Of a stretch of DNA of 64,000 bases, positions 10,454 to 21,060 are shown one piece after another. Numbering within the stretch: position 1 is the first letter of the stretch; each line of letters starts with the position of its first letter. The DNA is taken from NCBI GenBank assembly GCA_963755125.1, contig CAVWIP010000012.1, positions 32,001 through 96,000 of the forward strand, given 5' to 3'. The position numbers were made by a program, and so were the translations under genes. Below the pieces are notes generated by a model. It worked only from the letters and a program-made list of their open reading frames with translations. It made no database searches and was not told the DNA's origin. Origin of the DNA: an uncultured delta proteobacterium (lineage in GTDB: Bacteria; Myxococcota_A; Polyangia; Fen-1088).

Positions 10454-12129
10454 GGACCTTCCTCCACACTCTGGGCCGGGCCTGTCTGAACCTCCGGGTA
10501 CCTGTCCGGGCTCACGGTTGCGATCGCTTGTCGGAGAATAATCGGGATGTCCAGGATCAGCGCCACCCGGCCGCTGCCCAAGATGGTCGAGCCGGCCACT
10601 CCGGTCACATCGCCGAGCAGGCGGCCCAGCGGCTTGACCACCGCCTGGATCTCGCCGTGCAGCGAATCCACGATGATGCCCGCGTCAACCTCGCCGTTGC
10701 GCACCACCACCACGTTCTCACGCGCGGGGGACGTGGCCTCGCTGGCGAAGAGCTGGCGCAGACGCAGGCAGGGTAGCGGGCGCCCGCGCAGGTTGAGCAC
10801 CACTGAGCCTGCGGCACTGACGTGCAGTTCAGCGGGCAACTCCACGCATTCCACCACGGTGTCCATGGGGATGACGTAGGTGTCCTCGCCCACCGACACG
10901 GCAAAGCCGGGAATGATGGCCAGGGTGAGCGGGATGCGCATGCTCACCACCGTCCCCGCCCCGGGCGTGCTCTCCACCTCGACCGACCCGCGCAGCGCCT
11001 CGATGCTGCGGCGGACGATGTCCATGCCGATCCCGCGTCCCGACAGGTCGCCGACCTCGGCCGCGGTCGAGAAGCCCGGCTCGAAGATCAGGCGCAAGAG
11101 ATCCTCGTCGCGCACGTGATCGGGATCGGGCAAGAGCCCGCGACTGTGCGCCGCCTCGGCCAATCGCTTGCGATCGATCCCCTGCCCGTCGTCGCTGACC
11201 TGCACGACGATGCAACTCGCCTCGCGGCGGGCGCGGATGACCACCAGGCCGGACGGATCCTTGCCGCGCTCGCGCCGCCCCGCCGGGGTCTCGATCCCGT
11301 GCGAGATGGCGTTGCGGATGATGTGGGTGAGCGGATCGCGCAGATGCTCGATGACGGTGGTGTCAACCTCCACATCGCCGCCGTCCACCAGCAGGCGGGC
11401 CGACTTGCCGTGCGTCGCCGCCGTGTCGCGCACGGTGCGCGAGTACTGGCGGCAGGTCGGCCCCAGGGGAACCATGCGGATCTTCATGATCAGATCCTGC
11501 AGATCGAAGAACAGCCGATCCGCCTCGTGGTGAATCTCGAGCGGTTGCGCGCACCCCGCACTGGCATCCAGGGCGTCGTGCAGGCGGCCGCGCGCGATGG
11601 CGATCTCGCCGACGATGTTGAGCAACTGATCGAGACGATCGACCTCCACGCGCAAGGTTTGGGCGCGCGCAGGGGCAGCGGCCACGACGCCGACGCTGGC
11701 CCCCTCAGGCGCAGGCGCACGCGTCGGCCCCGCGCCCTCGGAATGGACGCTCCAGCGGGCCAGATCGCTCATCAGGCGGGACAACTCGGGCGGCAACGAA
11801 CGTTGCTTGTCCGATACCGTCGGCACCATCTGGCGCATGAGATCCACCGCGCGCAGGATCACCGAGACCAGTTCGGGCGTTGCGTGCAGGATCTGTTTGC
11901 GCATGCGATCGAGCACGTCCTCGATGGAGTGGGCGAGTTCCGAGAGCTCCATGAATTCGAGCATGGAGGCGTTGCCCTTGAGGGTGTGCGCCCCGCGGAA
12001 TATGGCACGCAGGGTCTCCTCGTCCTCGGGATGCGTCTCGAGCAGGATGAGCGCGTCCTCCATGGTCGACAGGTTCTCTTCCGAGTCGACCAGGAAGGCC
12101 TTCACCAGGGCGTCACGATCGATCTTCAT
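10450..12129 (-). CDS. cheA: Chemotaxis histidine kinase CheA
   Basis: HPt [52 protein letters not shown]-terminal CheW domain. Confidence 0.97.
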   Translation of the reverse strand: MKIDRDALVKAFLVDSEENLSTMEDALILLETHPEDEETLRAIFRGAHTLKGNASMLEFMELSELAHSIEDVLDRMRKQILHATPELVSVILRAVDLMRQMVPTVSDKQRSLPPELSRLMSDLARWSVHSEGAGPTRAPAPEGASVGVVAAAPARAQTLRVEVDRLDQLLNIVGEIAIARGRLHDALDASAGCAQPLEIHHEADRLFFDLQDLIMKIRMVPLGPTCRQYSRTVRDTAATHGKSARLLVDGGDVEVDTTVIEHLRDPLTHIIRNAISHGIETPAGRRERGKDPSGLVVIRARREASCIVVQVSDDGQGIDRKRLAEAAHSRGLLPDPDHVRDEDLLRLIFEPGFSTAAEVGDLSGRGIGMDIVRRSIEALRGSVEVESTPGAGTVVSMRIPLTLAIIPGFAVSVGEDTYVIPMDTVVECVELPAELHVSAAGSVVLNLRGRPLPCLRLRQLFASEATSPARENVVVVRNGEVDAGIIVDSLHGEIQAVVKPLGRLLGDVTGVAGSTILGSGRVALILDIPIILRQAIATVSPDRYPEVQTGPAQSVEEGP

Positions 12130-12136
12130 GGCTCTG

Positions 12137-12679
12137 CTATAGCCTCCACACCCAGGCCGACCCGTCGTCGACGTTGAAGATCAGCCGCCGACCCCGTGTC
12201 CCGCCCACGTCCTTCGCCACCACCGGCACGTTGTCCGCGGCCAGCATCTTCCAGGCCATGCGCGCGTTGCTTTCGCCCAGATCATTCAAGCGCTTGCCCA
12301 GGCTGGGCAGCACGCCGGCGCCGCCGAACACCTTGGCGCGCAGCTTGCTTTCCCCGCCGCCCAGGGCGCGCACGGCCTTGATGAGCGCTGGGATGGCTAG
12401 GCTGCCGTACTTTCCCGTGTTGCCCTCGACGGCGCGTCCTTCGGGGAGCAGGTAGTGGACCACCCCGCCGGCCTGCGCGCGGTCGTCCCAGACGCAGACC
12501 GCGATGCAGGATCCGAGGACCGTCTTGACAGCGTACTGCCCGAAAGCCACGTGCATGTGCCCGGGATGCAGATACACGGTGGGGCGATCGTCAGGAGCTC
12601 CCGCCGCCGGCGCCTTTTGGGTGGCAAGCCCGCCAGTCTCTCTGCTATCCGCGAGCCGCACGAGATTTGTCCTAGCCAT
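12137..12679 (-). CDS. cheD: Chemoreceptor glutamine deamidase CheD
   Basis: TVLGSCIAVC, HYLLP, AKVFGGA, LGESN, DVGGTRGR. Confidence 0.93.
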   Translation of the reverse strand: MARTNLVRLADSRETGGLATQKAPAAGAPDDRPTVYLHPGHMHVAFGQYAVKTVLGSCIAVCVWDDRAQAGGVVHYLLPEGRAVEGNTGKYGSLAIPALIKAVRALGGGESKLRAKVFGGAGVLPSLGKRLNDLGESNARMAWKMLAADNVPVVAKDVGGTRGRRLIFNVDDGSAWVWRL

Positions 12680-13307
12680 CCCTGCGCCCCCAGTAGGCAG
12701 CCCGCCGGGCGCTGCGGCCGGCGCAGATGAGAACGATCGCCGCCTGGTTGGCCAGCAGATCGAAAAGCGCACGGTCGACTGTGCTGATGCCTGGCTTGTG
12801 TGGAAGCAGATCGAAGATGCCGATGGCACCGGTGCACAGTCCGCCCGCCCGCAGCGGGATACAGGCGGTAAGGCCGTCGGCGTCGTGCGCCCGCCGCGTG
12901 CTGGAGGCCGGCTTGCCACGAAGGAAGATCTGGCCGCGCGTGACCACCTGGTTGAAGACCCCCTTGCGCGCGGGCACCCTGGCCCAGCGTTTGCCGTCGA
13001 TGCCCTGGCTGGCCTGCAAAAGCAGGTTCTTCCCGTCCCGGTCGAGGCGCCAGATGGCGATCTCCTCGGAACCGACCAGCGTGACGATGATGTCCTTGAT
13101 GTTATCCATCGCCTCGGCCGGGTCCACGCTGCAATGAAGACGGGCGCTGGCGACCCAGAGGGTGGTCATACGTTGCAGGCCGGCCTCGAGAGCGGCGCAG
13201 CGCTCGGCCAAACGGCGGTTTGCCGATGCTAGCAACGTCGACCCCGAGGCGCGGCGTAACTCGCCGGCCGTGGGGTCGCTCGGCTTGATCCGGTCATTCC
13301 TCGGCAT
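12672..13307 (-). CDS. Coiled-coil plus GAF domain protein
   Basis: LWVASARLHCSVD, ACIPLRAGG..GAIGIF, LFDLLANQAA (GAF-like). Confidence 0.8.
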   Translation of the reverse strand: MPRNDRIKPSDPTAGELRRASGSTLLASANRRLAERCAALEAGLQRMTTLWVASARLHCSVDPAEAMDNIKDIIVTLVGSEEIAIWRLDRDGKNLLLQASQGIDGKRWARVPARKGVFNQVVTRGQIFLRGKPASSTRRAHDADGLTACIPLRAGGLCTGAIGIFDLLPHKPGISTVDRALFDLLANQAAIVLICAGRSARRAAYWGRRDG

Positions 13308-13689
13308 TCCATTCGCCCAGGCAGTTCTTGACCTTGGCCAGAAGCTCACCGGGATCGATGGGCTTGATCACGTAGTCGTTGCAGCCGCTCGCGTAGCTGG
13401 CCTCGAGCGAGGCCACCCCGCCGCGCGACGTAATCATGATGACGGGTATGTCTTCCGTCTTCTTGCATGCGCGCAGCACCTTGCAGGTTTCGATGCCGTC
13501 CATGTTCGGCATGACCACGTCGAGCAGGATGAGGTCGGGGAGTTCATCCTGGGCCTTGTGGAACCCCTCCACCCCGTCACGCGCCGTGATCAGTTCGTAG
13601 TTCTCCTCCGACAGGAGCATGCAGGTCATGAGAAGTGAGGTCGACGAGTCGTCGACCAGCAGGATCTTCTTGCGATTCTCCACGTTCAT
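13294..13689 (-). CDS. Single-domain response regulator, first gene of the che operon
   Basis: ILLVDDS, LLDVVMPNMDG, MITS, YVIKP. Confidence 0.9.
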   Translation of the reverse strand: MNVENRKKILLVDDSSTSLLMTCMLLSEENYELITARDGVEGFHKAQDELPDLILLDVVMPNMDGIETCKVLRACKKTEDIPVIMITSRGGVASLEASYASGCNDYVIKPIDPGELLAKVKNCLGEWNAEE

Positions 13690-13920
13690 TCCCCTCTCAC
13701 AGCGGTCGTCGGAATGCTGCTGCAACTTGAGACTAGTCTTGATGCATTAGACGGCGCGGTCGGTGCGAATCGGATTTGCTTGTCCGCCCCATGCCGACGT
13801 GCCTGTAGGCATGGCTCCTACGGCGGGCACCGCCGCGTGGTTCAGGCTGGGGCCTGAAGTGACGATGCTAGAGGCACTGTCTTCGAGGCAACCAGTCGGC
13901 TGCGTCAGGGAGAAATCAGA

Positions 13921-15405
13921 ATGGGCGAAGAAAGATTCAGGGTATCGGGACTTCGGATCACCCAGAAGTTGACGATCCCGTTCGTGCTCATCCTGGTGGG
14001 CGCGATCGCGGCCCTCGGCTCGTTCTCGATACGCTCGACCCGCACGGCGATGATCCAGCTTCTCGAGAAGCGCGCCGAGATCATGGCCCACACCCTCTCG
14101 GCCACTGTCCCGGATCAGGACCAGATTGACGGGGCCAAGCGGGCCGACAGCGACGTCGCTTACGTGCACTGGATCAATCCCCAGGGCCAGGCGCTGGTGT
14201 CGACCGAGCCCGAGGCCAAGAACCAGGTTCTCTTGCGCGACGATTTCGAGCGTGAGATGGGCAAGACTCGGCAAATGGTGCGGCGACAGGTTCCCAACAA
14301 CAGCGTGGTATTTGAAGTGGCCGCTCCCATCAGGTTCATGAACGAGGCGGTCGGGGTCATCCGCATCGGCATGTCGACCCGTCAGGCCGAGGCCATGGCC
14401 ACAACGAATGCACTCATGATCGGGCTGGTCGGCCTTCTCGCCCTGGTTCCGGGCGTCATCATCTACTACTACGTCGCCCGCCGGATCACCGTGCCGCTCC
14501 GCCAGGTCGTGGCCAAGACCGAGCAGGCAGCCGACGGTGATCTGACGGTGAGGGTCACGGTGGATTCGCACGACGAGCTCGGCCAGATGGGACAGTCGTT
14601 GAACAAGATGCTGGCCAGTTTCCACGACCTGATGACCCAGGTACAGCAGGCGACTAGCGAGGCTGCATCCGCGGCGCGCGGATTCGCGGCGAGCGGCGAG
14701 CAGCTGTCCGCCGGGGCGGGGCAGCAGGCCTCATCCATCGAGCAGACCACCGCCTCGCTGCAACAGATGAGCGCCTCGATCGGGCAGAACGCCGAGAACA
14801 GCCGTCAGATGGAAACCATGGCACTGAAGGGCGCCCACGACGCCGAGGACAGCGGCAAGGCGGTCAGTGAGACCGTGCAAGCCATGAAGGCCATCGCCGA
14901 GAAGATCACCATCGTGGAGGAGATCGCCTACCAGACCAACCTGCTCGCCCTGAACGCGGCCATCGAGGCGGCGCGCGCCGGTGAACACGGGCGGGGCTTC
15001 GCCGTAGTTGCCAGCGAAGTGCGCAAGCTGGCCGAGCGAAGCCAGGCGGCGGCGCGCAAGATCGGCGATCTCACCATCTCCAGCGTGAACGTGGCCGAAC
15101 GGGCCGGCAGGGCTCTGGCCGCGCTGGTTCCCTCGATACAGAAGACCACAGAACTGGTCCAGCGGGTAGCCGCTGCTTCCCGCGAGCAATCGTCCAGCGT
15201 CACCCAGATCAACCGGGCCCTGAGCCAGGTCGACGAGGTGACCCAGCGAAACGCGACCGCGGCCGAGGAGTTGGCCAGCACGGCGGACGGGCTGGCTGGC
15301 CAGGCCGAATCGCTCCAGCAGCTCATCTCGTTCTTCCGGGTGGGCAGAACCGCGGCGCCCTCCGAACTGCGCGCGCGTCTGCCAGCGCACGGAGCGGACG
15401 GCTGA
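13921..15405 (+). CDS. Methyl-accepting chemotaxis protein, divergent from the che operon
   Basis: TM, about 110-aa periplasmic domain, TM, HAMP, conserved signalling tip. Confidence 0.95.
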   Translation: MGEERFRVSGLRITQKLTIPFVLILVGAIAALGSFSIRSTRTAMIQLLEKRAEIMAHTLSATVPDQDQIDGAKRADSDVAYVHWINPQGQALVSTEPEAKNQVLLRDDFEREMGKTRQMVRRQVPNNSVVFEVAAPIRFMNEAVGVIRIGMSTRQAEAMATTNALMIGLVGLLALVPGVIIYYYVARRITVPLRQVVAKTEQAADGDLTVRVTVDSHDELGQMGQSLNKMLASFHDLMTQVQQATSEAASAARGFAASGEQLSAGAGQQASSIEQTTASLQQMSASIGQNAENSRQMETMALKGAHDAEDSGKAVSETVQAMKAIAEKITIVEEIAYQTNLLALNAAIEAARAGEHGRGFAVVASEVRKLAERSQAAARKIGDLTISSVNVAERAGRALAALVPSIQKTTELVQRVAAASREQSSSVTQINRALSQVDEVTQRNATAAEELASTADGLAGQAESLQQLISFFRVGRTAAPSELRARLPAHGADG

Positions 15406-15426
15406 TGTCGACCAGCCCGCATTTTT

Positions 15427-15508
15427 GAGGGGCGACCGCAGGTCGCCCCTACGGCCGTGCGCGACCCACCCGCATCACATCTTGGGTAGGGACGACCTGC
15501 GGTTGCCC
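15427..15508. repeat. Pair of GTAG-type REP-like palindromes (family A)
   Basis: GAGGGGCGACCGCAGGTCGCCCCTAC at 15427-15452 and oppositely oriented GTAGGGACGACCTGCGGTTGCCC at 15486-15508. Confidence 0.8.
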
Positions 15509-15586
15509 AACTCCCCGCCGTAGACCCCTATTCTGAATTCCAGGGTGTGAGAAGCCATGGCTTCGCCCAGCCAATTTCGCGCTACA

Positions 15587-16132
15587 ATGCCCGACCTGAC
15601 GATGTCGCTCCTCCGTTCCGCAGAAGCTGAGCTAGAACCCCAGACCGACCTGGCAGCGGTCAAGGCCCCCATGCGCCTGGCTCTTGAGGCGGCCGCGCAG
15701 GCCGGCCGGTCGGGCGAAGTGCCGGTGGGCGCCGTGGTGATGGCCCGCGGTCGGGTGGTGGCCGTGGCGCACAACCAGCGCGAGTGCCTCAACGACCCCA
15801 CGGCCCACGCCGAGATCATCGCTCTGCGGGCCGCGGCAGCCGCGCTGGGAGGCTGGCGTCTGGTCGATGCCGATCTCTACGTGACCATGGAGCCTTGCCC
15901 GATGTGTGCCGGTGCCCTGGTCAATGCGCGCATACGACGGCTGTATTACGGTTGCGACGATCCCAAGGCGGGAGCCGCGCGCACGCTCTACCGACTGCTC
16001 AACGACGCCCGGCTCAATCACCAAGTCGAGGTCATTCCTGGCGTGCTGGCCAGCGAGAGTGCTGCCCTGCTCAAGTCGTTCTTCCTGCGCCTGCGCCAGC
16101 CCGCGGCGGATCTCAGGGTCGCGGGCCGCTGA
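15587..16132 (+). CDS. tadA: tRNA adenosine(34) deaminase
   Basis: GEVPVGAV, DPTAHAE, LYVTMEPCPMCAGA, DPKAGA, LNH; start uncertain (15557-15671). Confidence 0.93.
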   Translation: MPDLTMSLLRSAEAELEPQTDLAAVKAPMRLALEAAAQAGRSGEVPVGAVVMARGRVVAVAHNQRECLNDPTAHAEIIALRAAAAALGGWRLVDADLYVTMEPCPMCAGALVNARIRRLYYGCDDPKAGAARTLYRLLNDARLNHQVEVIPGVLASESAALLKSFFLRLRQPAADLRVAGR

Positions 16133-16928
16133 CGCTCGCTGCTCGGCCGGCTGCGGCGCCCCGGCGCTGACCGGGTGGTGCGGTGGTCATGGGATCTCGC
16201 TGCCCGCGTAGCTCGCGGCTGCGCAGGTCCGTGATGGCGCCCGCCAGCGCGTCAGCCACCGTCTTCTTGCCCTGCTCGGAAAGCAGAAAGGGACCCTCTT
16301 CCGGGTGATCGAGGAATCCCACCTCGACCAGAACCGCAGGCATTTCCAGCCCTTGCAGGACGTCCAGCGTCGCGCCGGTCTGCTTGATACCGCGATCCCG
16401 ATCCGATCCCAGCGCGTCGGACAGACGCCACCGGATACGTCGAGCCGCGGCCAGGCTGTCGGCCGCGGCGGTGCGCGCCTGATGCGCGGCCCAGGCGGCC
16501 TGTGCATCGTCGTCGGCCAGCAAAGCCGCCCGCGCCACCTCCTGATCGACGTCCGAAGTCGGTAGTACGAAGATCTCGAAGCCGCGCTGGCTGCCCGGTC
16601 CCTGCTCGGCCGACGCCGCGTTGGCGTGGATGCTGAGAAACAAGCGCGCGCCGGCCTGGTTGGCACAGCGGGCCCGCGCGCGAATGGGCACCAGCAGATC
16701 CCCATTGCGGCAGAGCACGACTTTGAGGCCAGGCTCGCCCAGCAAACGCCGCTGCACCAGGCGGGCGATGTCGAGCGTCAGGTGCTTTTCGTACAGTTCG
16801 GGCTTGGCCGTGGGCGCTCCGCGATTGGACCCACCATGTCCCGGATCCAGGGCCACCACGAAGGGCTGCTCGCCTGTCGCGGCCGCGAGATAGGCGCAGA
16901 GCATGGTTGCCACGGAGATATGAAACAT
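16113..16928 (-). CDS. N-acetylmuramoyl-L-alanine amidase (Amidase_3)
   Basis: LDPGHGG, YEK, LSIHAN, PAVLVEVGFL. Confidence 0.92.
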   Translation of the reverse strand: MFHISVATMLCAYLAAATGEQPFVVALDPGHGGSNRGAPTAKPELYEKHLTLDIARLVQRRLLGEPGLKVVLCRNGDLLVPIRARARCANQAGARLFLSIHANAASAEQGPGSQRGFEIFVLPTSDVDQEVARAALLADDDAQAAWAAHQARTAAADSLAAARRIRWRLSDALGSDRDRGIKQTGATLDVLQGLEMPAVLVEVGFLDHPEEGPFLLSEQGKKTVADALAGAITDLRSRELRGQRDPMTTAPPGQRRGAAAGRAASVSGPRP

Positions 16929-16995
16929 CGGGAGACCGCTCTTTGCGCTAAGTTAGCGCCGAGGCGGGGCCCACGCGACAATTGTGACTATCGAA

Positions 16996-17182
16996 ATGGG
17001 AACCCTCAAAGGGTTCCCATGCCCTTCGGCTCCCCACGCCCACCCCCACCTCGCTCGCTTCGCTCGGCCTCGCGCGATGGTCCCCGGCGAGCAACGAGGG
17101 CGCGCGCGAAGCGCGCGGGGTGGGCGGGGTGGGCTGTCCGTCCCGAAGTCCCCGTAGGGGGATCTCGCCGGCTCCCCACGCG
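16996..17182. repeat. Intergenic multi-hairpin repeat element, family B copy 2
   Basis: ATGGGAACCCT-CAA-AGGGTTCCCAT at 16996-17020, CGCGCGCGAAGCGCGCG hairpin, ends in CTCCCCACGCG. Confidence 0.65.
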
Positions 17183-17205
17183 ACTAGGCTCTATACTGGT
17201 CGTCA

Positions 17206-18213
17206 ATGCCGAAAGCCATCCCCAGCCCCAACCTGACCGCCGTGCTGGCCCTGGCGGCGCTGGCCGACCTGCTGCTTTACCGACTGGCTTCGCACGTGTT
17301 TCTGCCCAGCCATCCCGCCTGGGGCGTGGCCCGCATCTTGTCAGACCTCGGGCTCTTCATGTCCAACCTGGGGAGCGTCCTCGGAGTGGTGTTGGTCGCC
17401 GTGGTGCTGCTGCGCGCTTTGCGGGGCGACTCGATCTTTCCGCGCTCCATGCGCATCACGGTCAGCACCATCGGGCTGTTCTTCGTGATGCTGGCCACGG
17501 CTGGCGTGCTGGCGCTGCCGGTTCCTGACCGTTTCGTGGCCTACCTTCGTATCAGTCACGCCTTTCTGGCTGGGTTCGTGGCAGCAGGGCTATGGCACAA
17601 GCGCTGCCCCTTGCGTCTGAAACTTGCGGTGACCTTGTTTGCCGCTCCCATCGTCCTGCAGGCAGCGACCATGTTCTGCGAGCGCATGGGATGGTCGCCT
17701 TTTCTCGTGGGGCATGGTTCCCGCATGGCAGAGGCCAGCACATTCTTCGCCCTGCTCCTGTCACCGGTCCTGGTTTCCCCCCGCCCACGTGGGGGTCTTC
17801 AAGTCGCGGCTATGCTCGGTGCCGGACTGATTTCCCTCGCCCTTCTGTCCCTGGCCATGATGCGATACTTCGGCCTCGCTCAGGTGGCGGCCCTCTATGG
17901 GCTTCACTTCGATTTGCCTGCCGCCGCAGGCGTGGTGGGCATGGTGGTGGCGGCCTATGTGGCCGCGACCGCAGCCGCAGCGGCCTGTCTTACCGGTGAT
18001 GGGGCATCACGACTGCTTGGCTACGGTCTTGTGCTCCTGGCCATGACCGGTCATCAGATCGTGGCGACCAACCAGACCGTTTTTTCGCTCTGTGGCCTGT
18101 GTGCGCTGGCTCTGGGCGCTGTGCGTCTGGGAGCTGCGGCCACGGTGGTTGCTGCCCGCAGTTCTGCCTCGCCCGATGACGCCTTGTCACATCAAATACA
18201 CGGTCGCAATTGA
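17206..18213 (+). CDS. Polytopic membrane protein of unknown function
   Basis: About 10 hydrophobic segments. Confidence 0.75.
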   Translation: MPKAIPSPNLTAVLALAALADLLLYRLASHVFLPSHPAWGVARILSDLGLFMSNLGSVLGVVLVAVVLLRALRGDSIFPRSMRITVSTIGLFFVMLATAGVLALPVPDRFVAYLRISHAFLAGFVAAGLWHKRCPLRLKLAVTLFAAPIVLQAATMFCERMGWSPFLVGHGSRMAEASTFFALLLSPVLVSPRPRGGLQVAAMLGAGLISLALLSLAMMRYFGLAQVAALYGLHFDLPAAAGVVGMVVAAYVAATAAAAACLTGDGASRLLGYGLVLLAMTGHQIVATNQTVFSLCGLCALALGAVRLGAAATVVAARSSASPDDALSHQIHGRN

Positions 18214-18307
18214 CTGCGAAAACACAACCCTCCGCGTCAAAAGCAACCTGAAGACAGTCTCCCCTCTACGTGAGACCGGGAGACGGGCGCCAACTGTGGA
18301 GCGGGGA

Positions 18308-18511
18308 CTAGCGACGCCCGCGCGCGATCAACTCGCGCTCGGCGCGAAGCCAGTTCTCTTGGTCGTTTCCACCCTCGCGCTGGTAGATCTCGAAGGCGCG
18401 GGCCGCGATCTCTTCCTGGGTCGGCTGGTAGCGGGCGCTTGCCTTGGCAGCGGGAGCTGCCGGGGTTGGATTCTTCGCGGGAACAGTCTTGGGAGTAGTC
18501 TTGGTAGCCAT
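18308..18511 (-). CDS. DUF2934-like small protein
   Basis: EEIAARAFEIYQREG..DQENWLRAEREL. Confidence 0.85.
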   Translation of the reverse strand: MATKTTPKTVPAKNPTPAAPAAKASARYQPTQEEIAARAFEIYQREGGNDQENWLRAERELIARGRR

Positions 18512-18531
18512 TTTTCAGTCCTTTGTGGTCC

Positions 18532-18575
18532 CAAGGTTGGTCACGAAGGGCGGCCTGTCAAGAAAATCCTGACAG
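18532..18575 (-). promoter_or_regulatory. Possible sigma70 promoter (TTGACA-17-AACCTT) overlapped by the inverted repeat CTGTCA-N9-TGACAG
   Basis: Perfect -35 hexamer on the minus strand upstream of the DUF2934 gene; weak -10. Confidence 0.35.
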
Positions 18576-18766
18576 CGCACACCATGCTCCTGGCGGATGA
18601 GAACGCACTGTGCTAATGCGTGATGCTACGGTTCTTCCGGCAGGCTCCCCTCAAGAACCCGCGCGGTGACGCGAAAGAGACCCAGCTCTGCGCGGGAACA
18701 TTCCCGAGTTTTCTGTCCGCAACTGCGGCATGCTGCCTGCGTGCCATCACCAGTGAAAGATCGCCG

Positions 18767-20671
18767 CTACTTTGCCGGCGCGGTCGACAGGATCGACTCG
18801 ATCTGGGTCATGAGCGCGTTCATCTCCTGCATGGCTGCCAAGAAGGGCGCCGAGGTGGTCAGGTCCACGCCGGCCCGGGCCAGCAGGGTGACGGGGAAAT
18901 CCGAACCGCCCGCTGATAACAGGGCCAGATAGCGATCACGGGCCACCGTAGTGCCGCGGGCCTGCTGGTCGAGGATGGCCTTGGTCAGCGCAGTGGAGGC
19001 AATCAAGCTCGTCGCGTACTGGTATACATAGAAGTCGTAGTAGAAGTGCGGAACGAAGCTCCACTCGTCCCCGTACAGTTCGGCAACAGTGCAGATCCCC
19101 TCGTCGTGCCCGTAGTAACGACGAACCAGTCGCAGGTAGGCGGCGCTGAGCGCCTCGCCGGTCAGGGCCTCGCCCTTCTCTGCGCGCTCGTGGATGGCCA
19201 GCTCGAACTCGGCGAACATGGTCTGCCGGAACAGAGTCGTGCGCAGGCTTTCCAGGCGCTCGCCCAGCAATGCCAGCCGCTCGCGGTCATTGCGGGCCTC
19301 GGCCAGCGCCCGATGAACCAGCAGGTTCTCGTTCAGGGTCGAGGCGATCTCGGCGACGAAGGTGGCGTAACTCGACGTCGCAAACGGCTGGCTCTCCCCG
19401 GCCAGCAGGGTGTGCATCGAATGCCCCGCCTCGTGCGCCAGGGTGGACACGTCATCCCACTGGCCATTGAAGTTGAGTAACTGGTAGGGATGCACGCCGT
19501 ACACGCCGGTCGAATACGCGCCCGCGCGCTTGCCCGTGCTGGGCAGAAAATCCGTCCACCCGGACTGCAGGCCGTGGGCCAGCTTCTTGCCGTACTCCGG
19601 TCCCAGCGGTGCCACCGCGGCCAGGGTCATGGCCACCGCATCCTCCACCGAATAGTGGCGGTCGACCTCGCTGACCAGCGGCGCATACAGATCCTCGTAA
19701 CCCAGTTCCGCCAGACCCAGCATGCGCTGCCGCAGCTTCAAATAGCGGTGCAACGTCGGCAGGTTCGCATTGACGTCCTCGATCAGCTGCCCATATATGT
19801 CGGCCGGGATGTTGTCGTGGAAAAGCGCGGCCTCCAGCGTCGACGGGAAGTGGTGCACGTCGCGATCGAAGATGTGCGCCTTCAGTTGCGCGGACAGCGT
19901 CGCGCCGGTGGTGCGTTCAAATGTCTTGAGCGCGCCAAAGAAGGCCTGGAAGACTTTCACCCGATCGGCCCGGTCGCGCGAGGCGCGGGTGCGCGCGAAC
20001 CCGGCGGGATCCAGTCGGACATCCTCACCCGTCGATAGCGTGACCGTCGGATAGGGCAGATCGGCGTCCTTGAGCACGCCGTACACCGTGCTGGGCGCGA
20101 TGCTCAGCTCGCCGGCCATGGCCACGATGCGTTCCTCCTCGGCGGCCAGGGTGTGCGGCTTCCAGCGCAACACGTCCTGCAGGTAGAACGCCCATTCGCG
20201 CAGCCGCTTCTCCTTGGCCAGCGCCGTCCGGATGGTCGCCTCCGGCAGGGTCAACAGCTCGGGGCGCAGCCAGGCGGTGACGGTATCAAGCTGGACGGAC
20301 AGCGAGTCGGCCTCGGCCCGCATGGCGCGCGGGGCGGCCAGCCGGGTGTTCTCGTCGCTGCGCGCGTGGGCGTAGACCGCGATCCGCTGCAGCTCGTTCT
20401 GCAGAGCCCCCATCTCGGACAGGGCATCGGCCAGAGCCTTGGCCCCGTCGCCCAGATGGCCCTTGTGCCGCTCAAACCCCGACACCTTCTTGGCCAGCGC
20501 CGCCTTGGCCTTGGCCCAGGCCTTGTCCGAGACATAAAGCTCATCCAGTTTCCACTTGTACTTGGTGTCGATGCGGCTGCGATCGATTTCCTTGGCGGCC
20601 GCCTGGCCCGAGGGCGCGGACGGAGCGGCGGCAAGCGACAGGGCGGCGAGAGGAAGGGCGAATGACTGCAT
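18767..20671 (-). CDS. pepF: Oligoendopeptidase F (M3B) with signal peptide
   Basis: KWKLDELY, GKRAGAYS, TLAHEAGHSMH, FVAEIASTLNE, FRQTMFAEFE, PHFYYDFYVYQYA. Confidence 0.95.
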   Translation of the reverse strand: MQSFALPLAALSLAAAPSAPSGQAAAKEIDRSRIDTKYKWKLDELYVSDKAWAKAKAALAKKVSGFERHKGHLGDGAKALADALSEMGALQNELQRIAVYAHARSDENTRLAAPRAMRAEADSLSVQLDTVTAWLRPELLTLPEATIRTALAKEKRLREWAFYLQDVLRWKPHTLAAEEERIVAMAGELSIAPSTVYGVLKDADLPYPTVTLSTGEDVRLDPAGFARTRASRDRADRVKVFQAFFGALKTFERTTGATLSAQLKAHIFDRDVHHFPSTLEAALFHDNIPADIYGQLIEDVNANLPTLHRYLKLRQRMLGLAELGYEDLYAPLVSEVDRHYSVEDAVAMTLAAVAPLGPEYGKKLAHGLQSGWTDFLPSTGKRAGAYSTGVYGVHPYQLLNFNGQWDDVSTLAHEAGHSMHTLLAGESQPFATSSYATFVAEIASTLNENLLVHRALAEARNDRERLALLGERLESLRTTLFRQTMFAEFELAIHERAEKGEALTGEALSAAYLRLVRRYYGHDEGICTVAELYGDEWSFVPHFYYDFYVYQYATSLIASTALTKAILDQQARGTTVARDRYLALLSAGGSDFPVTLLARAGVDLTTSAPFLAAMQEMNALMTQIESILSTAPAK

Positions 20672-20801
20672 GATGAACCTTTTCGCAATGGACCGGAAGC
20701 AACCGGCAGAGCGTTCTGCAAGGCCGGTTCCGACCGACCGGCGCAGTCTACCCCATCGCGCCGTGGCCGGGGTCGCTGACACGTCCTGACCCGCAACCGT
20801 C

Positions 20802-21060
20802 CTATCTGTCCATCACAATCAAATAGGCCAGGGTCTGATTGACGAGTTGATAGGCCACTTCGCCGAAGGTGATTGGACCCAAAAAGGCGCCGGTCCTCTT
20901 GCCCCCCAGTTTCGAGTGCAAATAGTTGAAGATGCAATTGCAGGAGAACGCGATCTCGCCATTGTGCTCGGCCGACAGGCGTTCAGGGAAGCGACGGACG
21001 TAGTCGTCGAGGGGTTTGGCCGGACGGTACTCCATGCCTTGGAAGACCGGGGCATGGCCG
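20802..21060 (-). pseudogene. C-terminal remnant of a DUF6976/FIST-like protein
   Basis: APVFQGMEYRPAKP...FSCNCIFNYL...GPITFGEVAYQLVNQTL matches my recollection of this family's C-terminus; no plausible N-terminal part upstream. Confidence 0.6.

Noticed and set aside
13700..13735. Sigma28 promoter (TCAAG...CCGA) upstream of the che operon
   Set aside because: Spacing and the -10 element match the consensus poorly
18655..18700. c-di-GMP riboswitch suggested by GACGCGAAAG within a hairpin
   Set aside because: The remaining GEMM architecture is missing; more likely a simple stem downstream of pepF
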